From positions 60,078,001 to 60,142,000 of the forward strand of contig NC_135894.1 in the NCBI RefSeq assembly GCF_964194155.1: a stretch of 64,000 nucleotides of DNA, read 5' to 3'. The DNA is from Cetorhinus maximus (lineage: Eukaryota). The notes beneath the pieces are model-generated. The model made no database searches. It was not told the DNA's origin and worked only from the letters and a program-made list of their open reading frames with translations. Position 1 is the first letter of the stretch. The number at the start of each line of letters is the position of its first letter. Positions 62,518 through 64,000 of this stretch are shown one piece after another. The position numbers and the translations under genes were made by a program.

Positions 62518-64000
62518 AGGTGGAATTTTCCAGTCCCCCCCACCCCCCCATGGCGGGTTTAATGGCAGGCAGGGGGAGAATACACGGCGGGAGGGCATCC
62601 TTTAACGGGATGCAAATGAAGGCCTGACCGGAATTGGGGAGGGGGATATCCAGGTGTGAATAGGGAAGATGGGGAAAGGGGTTCAGAGGGAGTGCCCATC
62701 ATGTCAGTGCATGTGGCCTGGGGGGGCAAACTCAGGGAAACAGTGATAGGAAGGGATGGTGAGTGTTAAAGGGGGCAGTTAGAGCCAGTAGGGTGGGAGG
62801 CTGAGGGTCCTGCGATGTCGAGTGAAGGGGTGCTGAGGGTTATTGGAAGGGGAGATGGAATGAGATTCTGGGGATCGGAAGAATGGCGGGGTGGCAGATC
62901 TACTGTAATGGGAGTGGGCACTTCGGGAAGGTAGGGGACTTTGGCATTGACTTGCATGGGGTAGAGGGTGATGGGGTGGATTGAAGGCTTACTGTGGGGA
63001 GGTCAACAGTGATTCCTGGGGAGTCAATGGTTATGGGGGGAGGACAAAAGGTATTCCCCTCAACTTGAAAATGTTACTCGCACCATAGAAACATAGAAAG
63101 TAGAAACAGGAGCAAGTCATTCGGCGCTTCCAGCCTGCTCCACCATTCAATATGATCATGGCTAACCTCTATCTCAATGCCATACTCCCGCTCTCTCCCC
63201 GTACCCCTGGACACCTTTAGAGTCTAGAAATCTATCTATTTCCTTCTTAAATATATTCATTGATTTGGCCTCCTGTGGTAAAGAATTCCACAGGTTCATC
63301 ACCCGCTGAGTGAAGAAGTTGCTTCTCATCTCGATCTTAAATGGCCTACCCCGTATGCTGAGATTGTGACCTCTTGTTCTAAACACCACAGCAAGAGGAA
63401 ACATCATCCTTGCATCCAGTCTGTCCAGCCCTGTTGGAATTTTACATGTTTCAATGATATCCCCTCTCATTCTTCTAAACTCCAGTGAATACAGGCCTAG
63501 TCGGCCCAATCTCTCCTCATGCGACAATCCTGCCATCCCAGGAATCAGTCTGATGAACCTTTGCTGCACTACCTCTATGGCAAGTATATCCCTTCTTAGG
63601 TAAGGAGACCAAAACTGCACACAGTAATCCAGGTGTGGTCTCACCAAGGCTCTGTATAGCTGCAGTAAGACATCCTTGCTCCTGTACTCAAGTCCTCTTG
63701 CAATGAAGGTCAACATACCATTTGCCTTCTTAACTGCTTGCTGCACCTGCATGCTTGCTTTCAGTGGTTGGTGTACAAGGACACCCAGGTCCCTTTGTAA
63801 ATCTTGACATGGCTCACAAGGGCCCTGGCAAAGACCTTTGCCTCCCAGCACATGCATGATTCCGGGGGACATGTACTATCCCTCGGAAGATGTTGGGGTG
63901 GGGTATTGCGCCTGCTGACCAGTTGGTCCCATTGCCTTGGGTGACCTTGGCGGCCGTCCTCTGGAGACCTGGCTTACTTTGGCTGTCCTGCTGTGGGGCA
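62518..64000. mobile_element. Probable further Harbinger element running off the window, interrupted by CR1
   Basis: TIR-like aggtggaattttcc at 62518. The segment gtgaccttggcggccgtcctctggaga near 63945 matches the Myb 3' end at about 24597. Confidence 0.5.
63084..63797 (-). mobile_element. Young CR1 LINE 3' fragment with an open ORF2 C-terminus
   Basis: QRDLGVLVH...LYRALVRPHLDYCVQFWSPYL...FFTQRVMNLWNSLP without stops; catagaaa tail. Confidence 0.93.

Overview
Eukaryotic, repeat-rich genomic DNA. The SINE, CR1, L2 and Penelope repertoire points to a cartilaginous fish (shark); this is an inference. The only host gene I can support is CFAP47 on the minus strand: four confident internal exons (27065-27210, 19016-19124, 15786-16015, 12490-12673) with GT-AG ends and matching phases, plus one probable upstream exon (28436-28518). 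The rest is probably intronic. It is dominated by a dense set of PIF/Harbinger DNA transposons. Four are large two-gene elements, each with a decayed HARBI1-like DDE transposase convergent with a three-exon Myb/SANT gene. There are also Myb remnants, an internal-deletion derivative and five copies of a ~0.5-0.7 kb MITE whose interior is a chain of hairpins. Other repeats include CR1 and L2 LINE fragments, tRNA-derived SINEs, a hAT MITE and Penelope-derived short elements carrying minimal hammerhead ribozyme cores. The most interesting observations are: the covarying hairpin array in the MITEs; a 132-bp sequence shared as an inverted repeat by the 3' ends of both Harbinger genes; a perfect 68-bp-arm Penelope foldback with a 16-bp TSD inside a transposase; and repeated Penelope-Harbinger junctions at the same base. 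All family and gene assignments come from recalled motifs, not database searches.
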